DNA of 32,000 bases from Acaryochloris thomasi RCC1774 (GCF_003231495.1 NZ_PQWO01000002.1:360001-392000), one strand, 5' to 3'; positions 8,598-17,408 are shown, counted from the stretch's first letter. Notes: generated by a model from the sequence alone, not told the origin. Program-made: numbers and translations.

Positions 8598-10634
8598 GTG
8601 GAGAAAGGAACATTAGTCGAGTTTCGACGCCAAGGCGATAGCGATAGCCTGTGGCAGAGTCGTGTTGGCCTGCTAGAGCGACCTGAGGGTAAAAAAAACT
8701 GGGTTGTCGTCGACGCGAAGGGGCATTCCCACACGATTCATCCTCGGCAAATGACTTACGTTGTCGAGGATGAAAGATATGAGCCCAAAGAGCTTGCAGA
8801 GTTCTTTGCTGCGGTGGAATCTGTTTATGATCCCGATAGCTTAGAGGTTGCTTGGGAACTTTTGGTGGATGATAAGCAGGCCACGACGCCTGCTGAGATG
8901 GCGCTGCTGCTGTTCTCAGATCAAGAACCACCGTTCTGCTATGCGGCGCATCGGTTGCTTAGTGAAGACAAGCTTTATTTTAAGCAGAAGGGCAATGTAT
9001 ATGAGCCTCGGCCTTCATCCCAGGTGGAGGAGCTGAGGCATCAGGTTGAGAAGCAGGCCCAAAGGCTGCAGGAGCAGGAAGCTTTTCAAGCGTCTTTGCG
9101 AAAAGCCGTGGCGGGTGAGGATGTGGAGTGGGAAAGTTGCGATCGCATCTACTTACAATCCCTAGAAAAGTTTGCCTTGATGGGCGAGAGCGCTTCTAAC
9201 CGCGCCGACGCCATTGAAATATTGTCTGCTGTAAAGCGACAGGGGAGTCCAGAAGCTGCCCTCCAGCTTCTGGTTGATCTAAGGCTATGGAATCCCCACG
9301 AAAATCTATTCTTGCGCCGGAGTCAGATCTCTACAGAATTCTCGACGCCGGTTCAAGCTACCGTTGCTGATCGGCTGTCGCATATGCCCCCTGACCCCGA
9401 CCCGACCCGGACTGATCTGACCCACTTGAAGGTCTATACCATTGATGATGAAGGCACCCGCGAAATTGATGACGGCTTGAGCCTTGAAACCCTAGCAAAC
9501 GGTCAGCAGCGCCTGTGGATCCACATTGCTGACCCTAGCCGCTGGATTTTGCTGGGGGATGCACTCGATCAAGAGGCGAAGCGACGGGGCACCACCATTT
9601 ATCTGCCCACCGGTATGATTCCGATGTTCCCTGCAGAGTTGTCCACAGGGCCGATGAGTTTAGTGCAGGGGGACGTATGCTGCGCCCTCAGCTTTGGCGT
9701 CACGCTCACGGAAGAGGGGGGCATCGACAGCTATGAGATCTGTCCTAGCCAAGTCCGACCCACCTACCGGTTGACCTATGAAGATGTAGACGAAATGCTG
9801 GATTTAGCGGTTCAGGCTGAACCCGAGCTGCTGAGCTTAGCAAAATGGTCAAAGTGCCGTCAGGACTGGCGACGGCAGCAGGGCGCGATCAATATCAACC
9901 TCCCGGAATCCTCAATTAAAGTAGAGGGCGATCAGATTAGGATCGAAGTCCTAGATGATTCTGAAGCCCGCACCCTCGTCGCTGAAATGATGATTTTGAC
10001 TGGTGAGGTCGCTGCAAGCTATGGCGAGACCCATAATCTGCCGCTTCCCTTTCGGGGACAGCCGCAGCCAGAACTTCCACCGGTCGAAGAACTTGATCAG
10101 CTTCCGTCTGAGTGGGTGCGCGCCTGTGCGATTCGAGGGTGCATGACTCGCAGTGAAGTCGGAACAACTCCCATCCGCCACGCTAGCTTGGGATTAGATA
10201 GCTATTGCCAGGTCACCTCGCCTATTCGTCGCTATGCTGATCTACTGGCCCACTTCCAGATTAAGGCGCATCTGCGGGGCGATCCGCTGCCCTTTAGTGA
10301 CGTGGAGCTATCGCCTCTGATCGTCAGCGTTACCACTACAGCCCAAGAGGCCACTTTGATCGAGCGGCAGACTAATCGGTATTGGTGTTTAGAGTATTTG
10401 CGGCAGCATGCCGATGCCATCTGGCAGGCCGAGGTGCTGCGCTGGCTGCGAGAGCATGAGAACCTGGCGCTGGTGCTTCTCGAAGATTTGGGGGTAGAGC
10501 TGGCTGTCCGCCTGGATTTCTCGGTGGCGTTGGGCGATCGGCTAGAGGTGAAGGTCAGCTCCGTTGACCCTCGTTTGGATCGGATTAAGCTCAAGGCTTA
10601 TGCCTCTTCTACAGAGGCTTCTTCGCCTTCTTAG
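8598..10634 (+). CDS. RNase II/R-family 3'-5' exoribonuclease (RNB domain)
   Basis: The RNB catalytic region is present (YTIDDEGTREIDDGLS, IHIADPS, TIYLP....PMFP, and HASLGLDSYCQVTSPIRRYADLLAHFQI). A C-terminal S1-like segment follows. The start is GTG. Confidence 0.88.
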   Translation: MEKGTLVEFRRQGDSDSLWQSRVGLLERPEGKKNWVVVDAKGHSHTIHPRQMTYVVEDERYEPKELAEFFAAVESVYDPDSLEVAWELLVDDKQATTPAEMALLLFSDQEPPFCYAAHRLLSEDKLYFKQKGNVYEPRPSSQVEELRHQVEKQAQRLQEQEAFQASLRKAVAGEDVEWESCDRIYLQSLEKFALMGESASNRADAIEILSAVKRQGSPEAALQLLVDLRLWNPHENLFLRRSQISTEFSTPVQATVADRLSHMPPDPDPTRTDLTHLKVYTIDDEGTREIDDGLSLETLANGQQRLWIHIADPSRWILLGDALDQEAKRRGTTIYLPTGMIPMFPAELSTGPMSLVQGDVCCALSFGVTLTEEGGIDSYEICPSQVRPTYRLTYEDVDEMLDLAVQAEPELLSLAKWSKCRQDWRRQQGAININLPESSIKVEGDQIRIEVLDDSEARTLVAEMMILTGEVAASYGETHNLPLPFRGQPQPELPPVEELDQLPSEWVRACAIRGCMTRSEVGTTPIRHASLGLDSYCQVTSPIRRYADLLAHFQIKAHLRGDPLPFSDVELSPLIVSVTTTAQEATLIERQTNRYWCLEYLRQHADAIWQAEVLRWLREHENLALVLLEDLGVELAVRLDFSVALGDRLEVKVSSVDPRLDRIKLKAYASSTEASSPS

Positions 10635-10689
10635 CGTAAATTTTTCAAGGCGTGGCCTGTCTCCAACTTGACAGGCACAATGCAGTCCT

Positions 10690-11109
10690 ATGCAGATTCG
10701 TCCTTTTCAAAACTTTGATGAAGAGTCTGTTGTTGATCTCTGGGCACGTTGCGGCCTTCTGAGGTCGTGGAATGATCCGCATAAAGATATCGCTCGTAAA
10801 CTCTTAGTTCAGCCAGAGCTGTTCTTGGTCGGTGTAATTGATGAACAGGTTATGGCTACGATCATGGCCGGGTTTGAGGGGCACCGAGGTTGGATCAACT
10901 ATCTTGCTGTTGATCCACGTTGGCAGCGGCAAGGCTATGGACGTCGGCTGATGGATGAAGTCGAGCGTTGTCTTTGCGATCGCAACTGTCCTAAAATCAA
11001 CCTCCAAATTCGCCATGATAATCTTGACGCGATCAAGTTCTACAAACGATTAGGATTTATTCAAGATGCGGCAGTAAGCTTTGGCAAACGACTCGTGCAA
11101 GATGATTAA
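10690..11109 (+). CDS. GNAT-family N-acetyltransferase
   Basis: A 139-aa protein with the acetyl-CoA binding motif A (YLAVDPRWQRQGYGRRLM) and ...AIKFYKRLGF, the typical GNAT core. Confidence 0.8.
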   Translation: MQIRPFQNFDEESVVDLWARCGLLRSWNDPHKDIARKLLVQPELFLVGVIDEQVMATIMAGFEGHRGWINYLAVDPRWQRQGYGRRLMDEVERCLCDRNCPKINLQIRHDNLDAIKFYKRLGFIQDAAVSFGKRLVQDD

Positions 11110-11136
11110 CGTATCCCATTGTTTATCGGCTTCCAG

Positions 11137-11433
11137 TCATCGGTGATGAACGTCAAATAAGTAGCCGTCAATGTATTTGAGTGGGCCGTTTGGTTTTATA
11201 CGTAAATAGTGCTTATGCAGAGTTGCAATCTCATTTGCAAAAGCGAAGTATAGACAATGCCAACGCGCTGGAATTTTCAACGTAGCTTTGGTCAGACTCT
11301 TGGAGCGAACTGAAAATATTTGAATCAGAGAGCATAAGAACAAATGTATTCGAAAAGGCTTGCCAGTAGCTAGCTGTCCCTGAAACCCCCCTTCCACTCT
11401 GAAGATGCTTTGGCTACAGCCCTTATATATCAA
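11137..11433 (-). CDS. hypothetical ORF or possible gene remnant at the edge of the AT-rich island
   Basis: A 98-aa ORF in AT-rich DNA. I recognise no motif and see no convincing RBS. It is reported only because nothing else covers this 700-bp stretch. Confidence 0.25.
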   Translation of the reverse strand: MIYKGCSQSIFRVEGGFQGQLATGKPFRIHLFLCSLIQIFSVRSKSLTKATLKIPARWHCLYFAFANEIATLHKHYLRIKPNGPLKYIDGYLFDVHHR

Positions 11434-11819
11434 GAATTCTATAGGTCAAGTCTGGGGCATATAGATTTGAACAAATACAAACATTGAGGGCTTCAAGCGA
11501 TTTAGAGAAGCGCTGTTTCATCAGTTTTTGCAAGGATCAGCGAATTGACTTGTGCTTTAAAGCCGTATGTTAGCGATTAAAAGGCTTGTGATATATAGAC
11601 TGATGAGATTTTCAGAGACGACTAGCTATAGACGACTTCTGCTACTTACTTCCTCGTTTTTTCAGCAGGAAGCCTCCGAAACATCATTTAGATATATACA
11701 CCAGAATAGAACTAGTAATTTTTGAGAATAATATGCGGTAATCTTGATCTTGGGTTCGTTCGACTACTCGAATATTCTGAGCAAAGCCCCTGCCAACTGC
11801 CTTACTTTGAAGAGCCTTT

Positions 11820-12830
11820 ATGCAAAATCCTATGCAGCAAGCTGAGCAGCCAACCATAGATCTCGATTTGCCAGAACTCAAAGCAAGGCTATATTACGTT
11901 TTTTGCCCAGCCTTCCATGGCGCAACCTTGTTTTCGGCATTGTTAAATAATCACTCAAAAATCACGAGTTTGGGAGAGACAATCCCTCGAAGGAGGTTTG
12001 AGAATGGGATGTGTTCATGTAAGAAAAAAATAAAAAATTGCGAGTTTTGGCAGTCGGCCTACCGTACATCTGATCTAGATAAGTTTGTACAAGAAGATTC
12101 TTGGATTCCATACTACCCTCGGATTATTCAGCCCGTTAGCGCAAATCTGGCCAATCAGATCCTCAATCTAGTAATGTTAGGGATGACAATTCCTTTCAAA
12201 CATTATATTTGGAATCTATCCTATAAAGTTTATCGAGAATATTACGAGTCATACGTTGATTTTGTAAACTTTATCGTCAGTAGAAATCAGTCTTCAGTCT
12301 TTATTGATGGAGGTAAACAAGGCTTTAGGCCTATCTTTATTCAATCTTTTTCCCGATCACAAATTCCCGCAAAACTTATTCATTTGACTAGAAGGCCGCA
12401 CGACTATGTCTATTCATACGCCAAGGTATACCCATATCTAAGTAAGGCCTTCAGCATGAAAATGCGATCCCGCAATGATATCATTGCGTTTGCTGCAAAA
12501 AAATGGCTTTCGGTCCATCGAAAAGTTTTAAACTTAAAAAAATTCATTTTGGATGAAAATTATTATTCAATGAGATATGAGGATCTGTGTCAAGATCCCA
12601 ACCATTTTTTGGCAAAGACTCTTCGATTTTTAGACGTAGAATATGAAAATCTCCAACAGCCAGTTATTTATCCTGAGAAGTTTCACCTCATTGGTAGCCA
12701 ATCTATTCAAAAGCATGGTTTCGATGGAGTGATCAAGCTCAGCACACACACTGCCGATTTGTCGACTGAGGAGATCAAGATAATCGATAGAATTACTCAG
12801 CCATTCTCAGCTCGGTTCGGTTATGTCTAA
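11820..12830 (+). CDS. putative sulfotransferase-family protein
   Basis: It has the N-terminal PAPS-loop-like segment YYVFCPAFHGATLFSALLNNH. The C-terminal RYEDLCQDPNHFLAKTLRFLDV closely follows the 'RYEDL..dP......i..FLgl' block common in bacterial sulfotransferases. The gene is AT-rich compared with its flanks. Confidence 0.6.
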   Translation: MQNPMQQAEQPTIDLDLPELKARLYYVFCPAFHGATLFSALLNNHSKITSLGETIPRRRFENGMCSCKKKIKNCEFWQSAYRTSDLDKFVQEDSWIPYYPRIIQPVSANLANQILNLVMLGMTIPFKHYIWNLSYKVYREYYESYVDFVNFIVSRNQSSVFIDGGKQGFRPIFIQSFSRSQIPAKLIHLTRRPHDYVYSYAKVYPYLSKAFSMKMRSRNDIIAFAAKKWLSVHRKVLNLKKFILDENYYSMRYEDLCQDPNHFLAKTLRFLDVEYENLQQPVIYPEKFHLIGSQSIQKHGFDGVIKLSTHTADLSTEEIKIIDRITQPFSARFGYV

Positions 12831-12922
12831 CTTTTTCAAGAGAACTTTAGTTCAGTCCATAATAGAGACGTTTTTAGCTAACTTTTACATTGGTTAATGG
12901 AAAGTATCTTTCATCTGTCATT

Positions 12923-13960
12923 ATGAATACTATATATACCAACAGTTTCCTGTCCTACCTGAAGCGCCACTGGTTAGCGTCTGTCCAGTTTTTAACTCCG
13001 CTGAAACTGATAAATGCTGCGATCGCATTTACCGAAATGAAACTAGGTAGACTTCGCTGCAAATCTGTGCCAATCACCTACCGTATTGACCCATCTACTG
13101 CCTGTAATATTCGCTGCCCAGGTTGCTCAGCTCATACGGAAACAACGACAGAGAAGCGTTTGCTCAGCCTGGATGACTTTAAAAAAATTGTCAATAAAAT
13201 TAAGCGGTTCAGCATTCGTACAGCCCTCTATGATAGTGGTGAACCCCTTCTTAATAAAGATATTTATAAGATGATCGCTTACGCTAGTGATCAAGGTATT
13301 GGTACTTCTATTAGCACGAACTTTACGCTCTTCAACCCTGAGCGAGATCTCGATCAACTTCTAGAGAGTCGTTTAACGGTTTTACAGCCTGATCTTGATG
13401 GCATTACCCAAGAAACTTACGGTCAGTACCGAATTGGGGGTGAGGTGGATGCCGTCAAGACTAATATTGAAGCCGTCGTTCAAGGTAAAAAAGAAGCTGG
13501 AACGAAGTACCCAATCGTTGAACCTCAGATGATTATGTTTGAACATCTGATGGCAGAGAAGGAGGAGATTGAAACCTATCTTGAGGAGATTGGGGTCGAT
13601 AAGTTTACCTGGAAGCCTGATGATTGGGGATTTAATCCTGCCCAGATAGAGGATGCTCAGAATGATAAGAGTTCAGGACGCTGCCTCTGGGTCTATTTGT
13701 CCATGATGGTCCGTCCCGACGGCAATGTCTATCCCTGCTGCGGTCGGGGCCTAAACCGATTTTCCTATGGCAATATTCTCGAAGAATCCATCGACGAGAT
13801 TTGGAATAACAAGTACTATCAATTTTCGCGTAAGCTTTTCACGACAGGGCCAGATCTTGAATTTGACCCTGAGATGGAAGACTTACCCTGCCACCAATGT
13901 ACGATGTTTTCAAAAACAAGAGTCATGAAGCCCAACCCAACTAAAGATGGTGGGGCCTAA
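12923..13960 (+). CDS. radical SAM protein with C-terminal SPASM/twitch-type auxiliary-cluster domain
   Basis: It has CNIRCPGC (Cx3Cx2C) and a SAM-binding SGEPLL (GGE-type) motif. The C-terminal CLWVYLSMMVRPDGNVYPCC fits Cx12Gx4C, the first SPASM element. The later CHQC is not followed by the remaining SPASM cysteines, so the domain is twitch-like or partial. The ATG at 12923 is preferred, and the track's TTG at 12890 is an alternative. Confidence 0.8.
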   Translation: MNTIYTNSFLSYLKRHWLASVQFLTPLKLINAAIAFTEMKLGRLRCKSVPITYRIDPSTACNIRCPGCSAHTETTTEKRLLSLDDFKKIVNKIKRFSIRTALYDSGEPLLNKDIYKMIAYASDQGIGTSISTNFTLFNPERDLDQLLESRLTVLQPDLDGITQETYGQYRIGGEVDAVKTNIEAVVQGKKEAGTKYPIVEPQMIMFEHLMAEKEEIETYLEEIGVDKFTWKPDDWGFNPAQIEDAQNDKSSGRCLWVYLSMMVRPDGNVYPCCGRGLNRFSYGNILEESIDEIWNNKYYQFSRKLFTTGPDLEFDPEMEDLPCHQCTMFSKTRVMKPNPTKDGGA

Positions 13961-13975
13961 TAGTTTTCTGTTTCT

Positions 13976-14719
13976 TTAAGGTGTGTAGGGTCGAGACTCC
14001 TTGACTGTTTCTTTAATAGTCTCTTTGATTGGAGGACGTTCTTTGCTCTGGGGACGTTCTTTGCCCTGAGATCGGCCTTCTCGCTCTGTGCGCATGGCTT
14101 TGCTGCGAGCCTTTGCCTCTGCTGCACCTGTTTTTAATGCCTGCAGACGCGCTTCAAACTGTTTGCGTTTGCGACGATTAGGTGTTTGATCAATCAGCAC
14201 CTTCAAGGCGCTGCCGAGGCTTTTATAGGCGTTGGGCAGAGAATAGCCGAAACGAGTCGCAAGTGCGATCGCTTTTTCATCCGCAGCCGTTACATTATCC
14301 AGGCTCTGCTGTGAATTATTACGCTTGTAGAGTCGCCATCCTGACACGCCGCAAAGGGCCATTGCCAAGATTAGCAATAGGCCATCCTGGACCCATAGCT
14401 CTCCTACGGCACCACCTAAGCCGATCGCCAGCGCCGCCATTTCCCAGCCGTCTCTTGGAATTGTGTCGTTCTGAATTCGGGCAACCTCGTGCCAGAACAG
14501 GAGATTCCGCTGATCTTTGGCAAACTCTTCCCAGCGAATCAGATCAACCTGTACCTCGACCTGATCTTGCCCCAGTTCTTCTGAAGTAATCAAAGGTGGG
14601 TTAATCGCGGTCGTCGCCTCTACCGTAACCCAGCTCTGTAGTTCAGGGGGCAGCAAAGAGCGCAGACGCCGCAGTTCATTCATCTCAGTTCGTACACTGG
14701 AATTTGAAGAAGATACCAT
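13976..14719 (-). CDS. conserved hypothetical membrane protein with a Lys/Arg-rich C-terminal tail
   Basis: A 247-aa ORF with two adjacent hydrophobic helices (MAALAIGLGGAVGELWV and LLLILAMALCGVSGW) and a basic repeat-like tail (KERPQSKERPPIKETIKETVKE). Its GC content matches the core genome. It may belong to a cyanobacterial DUF family, but this is unverified. Confidence 0.6.
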   Translation of the reverse strand: MVSSSNSSVRTEMNELRRLRSLLPPELQSWVTVEATTAINPPLITSEELGQDQVEVQVDLIRWEEFAKDQRNLLFWHEVARIQNDTIPRDGWEMAALAIGLGGAVGELWVQDGLLLILAMALCGVSGWRLYKRNNSQQSLDNVTAADEKAIALATRFGYSLPNAYKSLGSALKVLIDQTPNRRKRKQFEARLQALKTGAAEAKARSKAMRTEREGRSQGKERPQSKERPPIKETIKETVKESRPYTP

Positions 14720-14889
14720 GCCGGTCAGGGAGTTTAAGTAATGTCTCTATATGAAGTATAGCGGTCTAGCTCCGGCGATCGCTGCCATCTCAGATGTACT
14801 TCATGCAGATTTAGGGCGTAGGCTATTCAGATCGGGCTATTCATTTCTGCCACAATGTTAGATATTGCTGCCTTGGCGAGGTAAAGAGG

Positions 14890-15468
14890 ATGACAGCGTA
14901 CACCGTTAACTTTGATACCATCTGCAAGCTGACGGATGACCAGTTTTTCCAGCTGTGTCAGGCAAACCCTGAGCTTAAGTTTGAACGCAACAGCAAAAGA
15001 GACTTAATCATCATGCCCCCGACTGGCGGAGAAGCAGGTCACCGCAATTTTGAATTAGCTACTGAAGTTGCGATTTGGAACCGCAAAGCCAATTTAGGTA
15101 TCGGCTTCGACTCTTCAACCTGCTTCAAATTACCCAACGGTGCAAATCGATCTCCAGATGTTGCCTGGATCCGTCTAGAACGGTGGAACGCTCTGACAAC
15201 TGAGCAACGAACTAAGTTCCCGCCCATTGCGCCCGATTTTGTTCTAGAGCTGATGTCTGCAACCGACTCTTTGCCAGCACTACAGTCGAAAATGCGGGAG
15301 TATAGAGACTGTCAGGTGCAGCTAGGCTGGTTAATTGTTCCTCGGAGCCGCCAAGTTGAAATTTATCGGCAGGGGGAAGCTGTTGAAGTTTTACCATCTC
15401 CTCGCACCCTGGCAGGGGAAGGTATTTTACCTGGATTTGTTCTAGATCTGAGTTTGCTCTGGTCTTAG
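14890..15468 (+). CDS. Uma2-family (DUF820) PD-(D/E)xK-type putative endonuclease
   Basis: PPTGGEAGHRN, FDSST.FKLPNGA.RSPDVAWI and PDFVLELMS are the characteristic Uma2 blocks. By-eye alignment puts it at about half identity with the second copy at 30276-30851. Confidence 0.85.
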   Translation: MTAYTVNFDTICKLTDDQFFQLCQANPELKFERNSKRDLIIMPPTGGEAGHRNFELATEVAIWNRKANLGIGFDSSTCFKLPNGANRSPDVAWIRLERWNALTTEQRTKFPPIAPDFVLELMSATDSLPALQSKMREYRDCQVQLGWLIVPRSRQVEIYRQGEAVEVLPSPRTLAGEGILPGFVLDLSLLWS

Positions 15469-15484
15469 AACAGCGTTGCTGATT

Positions 15485-15754
15485 TTATAGCGCCTGGATC
15501 CATTCTTTGACTTCGTACTCAGTCCAGACTCCGCCTTTCCAGTAGGGGTCTGACTCAATGAGCTGGCGGACTGTGGCTTCGTCGGCAGCTTCGTAGATGC
15601 CAAAGACTTTCGTAATATCTTTTGTGGGGCCAATGGTGATTAAAGTGCCAGATTCTTTTTGGGCAGCTAAACCATCGAGGTGATCCTGACGGTAGGGCGT
15701 TCGCTTTTCGAGAACATCTTCGCAATAGCTGCCCCACATTACGTATTTCGTCAT
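15485..15754 (-). CDS. YciI-like (dimeric alpha/beta barrel) protein
   Basis: The 89-aa sequence MTKYVMWGSYCEDVLEKRTPYRQDHLDGL......G.LI..GP......FGIYEA.DEATVRQLIESDPYW matches the YciI-family pattern. Confidence 0.7.
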   Translation of the reverse strand: MTKYVMWGSYCEDVLEKRTPYRQDHLDGLAAQKESGTLITIGPTKDITKVFGIYEAADEATVRQLIESDPYWKGGVWTEYEVKEWIQAL

Positions 15755-15789
15755 GATTGGTTCCTGTCGTTCAAGTTCTGCGATCTCAA

Positions 15790-15825
15790 AACAAGGGGTG
15801 ACTGCTGCCTAGCAATCACCCTCTC
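15790..15825 (-). terminator. possible intrinsic terminator downstream of grxD
   Basis: GGGTGA (15796-15801) pairs with TCACCC (15816-15821). Read on the minus strand, the stem is followed by CTTGTTTTG. It lies between the grxD stop (15843) and the yciI-like start (15754). Confidence 0.35.
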
Positions 15826-15842
15826 AAAATTCAGTTTTTTTG

Positions 15843-16166
15843 CTAGGAGGCTAAGGCGACTTCGACCATTTCTTGCAAGTCCCCCTGCTGGTATAGCTCA
15901 ATCAAAACATCGGACCCACCCACAAATTCGCCATTGATGTACACCTGTGGAATTGTAGGCCAGTTGGAATATTCTTTAATGCCTTGACGAATATCAGGAT
16001 CTGAAAGTACATCCACGGTCTCGTAAGGTGCACCCAGACTATTCAACAGCTGGACGGCGTTGTTAGAAAATCCACATTGGGGCATTAGTTTTGACCCCTT
16101 CATGAATACAACAATTTTGTTTTTCTGAACGATGTCATCAAGGCGAGTTTTGACTTCGGGTGTCAT
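15843..16166 (-). CDS. grxD: monothiol (CGFS) glutaredoxin, Grx4 family
   Basis: It has the CGFS active site ([13 protein letters not shown]), plus [17 protein letters not shown] and a 107-aa length. Confidence 0.93.
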   Translation of the reverse strand: MTPEVKTRLDDIVQKNKIVVFMKGSKLMPQCGFSNNAVQLLNSLGAPYETVDVLSDPDIRQGIKEYSNWPTIPQVYINGEFVGGSDVLIELYQQGDLQEMVEVALAS

Positions 16167-16198
16167 AGTTATTTTCCTGAAATGAGTGTGGGTATGAC

Positions 16199-16477
16199 TT
16201 ACGGATTGGGGCTGGTGACCACCTCAGGATTGAGGGTGGCCCACTTCTCTGGCGTATAAGTTTTGAGGGCTAGGGCATGAAGTTCTTCAGTTGCCATGAC
16301 TTGATTGACGGTTGCATAAACCATCTGGTGCTGCTGAACTAAGTTTTTGTCGGCAAAGGCGGAGGACACGACTGTTGCTTGATAGTGATCGCCGCCACCC
16401 GTGAGATCCTGAGCATGGACTTCGGCCCCAGGTAAACCCGCTTGAATCATGGCTTCAAGATTGTCTGGGCTAATCAT
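16199..16477 (-). CDS. bolA: BolA-family protein
   Basis: G.GDHY...VVS..F......V.QH.MVY is BolA-like, and the protein is 92 aa. It lies 32 nt upstream of the CGFS glutaredoxin on the same strand, the classic BolA-Grx pairing. Confidence 0.85.
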   Translation of the reverse strand: MISPDNLEAMIQAGLPGAEVHAQDLTGGGDHYQATVVSSAFADKNLVQQHQMVYATVNQVMATEELHALALKTYTPEKWATLNPEVVTSPNP

Positions 16478-16532
16478 TCAGCTACCTCATGGCAATGTTC
16501 TAGAACAGTCATTAGTTTAACTTTAAACATAG

Positions 16533-16569
16533 CGGTTCAAGGTATCTAACATACCGGTTCAAGGTCTCT
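16533..16569 (-). promoter_or_regulatory. 22-nt-spaced direct repeat upstream of bolA-grxD (candidate operator or promoter element)
   Basis: CGGTTCAAGGTaTCT (16533-16547) and CGGTTCAAGGTcTCT (16555-16569) match at 14 of 15 positions. They sit about 55-90 nt upstream of the bolA start on the minus strand. Confidence 0.25.
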
Positions 16570-16697
16570 TCGCCGGACATGAAATAGACAGGTGGTGACC
16601 TATCGCGCCACTCCCTGTCTATCAGCCTTTATTCAATTGCAGTCGAGATCAATGGCGACTGTCTCAGAAGCAATTTGAGAATCTCGTCACTTGAACT

Positions 16698-17408
16698 TTA
16701 GTTGATGTCAGCGCCTTGAGGCACGACGGACGGTGGTGCAGATGGGGTAGGGGCCGAAGGGGCTGCTTCCTCTGGTTTCACAACCGGTTTTGATTTCTTG
16801 TTCTCTTTTGTTTGAGTTTTGGGAAGGGGGGCATCGACAAAACCTAGCTCAACGAGCTGCTGGTAAGACTTTTTGCCGAGGTCGCGGGTCGGATTTTGGC
16901 TGCGAATAATCTCAATCAAGAGCGGAATCGATTTCTCTGGCTTGCTTTGAGAACGGTAGACAAGGGCGAGCTGATACGTTGCCTGATCTCTAAGCTGAGC
17001 CGTTTCTAGCGCTTTCCGTCGGTGGCTATCGGCTGCGACGCGGCTGACGCCTTGAAAGCTAGAGGTCAGAGCCTGATAAAAGTTAGAAAGCTGGTTGAAA
17101 ATGCTGCGGGAGTCCTGCAGTTTTTTGGCGGCTAAGTCATAGTTTTGAGATGCGACTGCGCTCTCGGACTCGGCCATTAGGTTTTTGCCTGCGGCAATGC
17201 TGAACAGGCCACTGCGGGCAACGTCTGGACTTAATGGCTCAACGTTGGTGGGGGTTACTTGCTGACCTTCGCCCAAGCCATCTAGGCTTTGAGCTTGAGC
17301 TGGTACTGCGAGGAAGGCCGAGCTGATAATGACTGCGGGCAGGGTTGCGATCGCAACTCTCCAAGATGGGCGATGCCCTATGAAACGTGTGGCGAATTTT
17401 GTAGACAC
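16698..17408 (-). CDS. secreted hypothetical protein (signal peptide, helical core, Pro/Lys-rich C-terminus)
   Basis: It has a GTG start and an N-terminal signal peptide ending AVPAQAQS. The C-terminus is low-complexity (KKSKPVVKPEEAAPSAPTPSAPPSVVP). I recognise no catalytic motif. Confidence 0.6.
   Translation of the reverse strand: MSTKFATRFIGHRPSWRVAIATLPAVIISSAFLAVPAQAQSLDGLGEGQQVTPTNVEPLSPDVARSGLFSIAAGKNLMAESESAVASQNYDLAAKKLQDSRSIFNQLSNFYQALTSSFQGVSRVAADSHRRKALETAQLRDQATYQLALVYRSQSKPEKSIPLLIEIIRSQNPTRDLGKKSYQQLVELGFVDAPLPKTQTKENKKSKPVVKPEEAAPSAPTPSAPPSVVPQGADIN

Noticed and set aside
8549-8931. Reverse-strand ORFs (61 and 112 aa) at the 5' end of the RNase II/R gene.
   Set aside because: They are antisense to a strongly supported CDS, with an Arg/Pro/Ser-rich composition typical of artefacts.
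11567-11725. A forward 52-aa ORF in the AT-rich spacer upstream of the sulfotransferase, considered as a precursor peptide.
   Set aside because: It has no RBS, a low-complexity sequence, and no leader/core-like organisation. It cannot be distinguished from a chance ORF in AT-rich DNA.
11684-11881. A reverse-strand 65-aa ORF with a Cys-rich stretch (GCSACCIGFC), considered as a possible RiPP precursor for the neighbouring radical SAM enzyme.
   Set aside because: It overlaps the 5' end of the sulfotransferase gene on the opposite strand, has no visible RBS, and is oriented away from the rSAM gene. The Cys run is the reverse-complement reading of the sulfotransferase start region (around codons 2-11, MQNPMQQAEQ).
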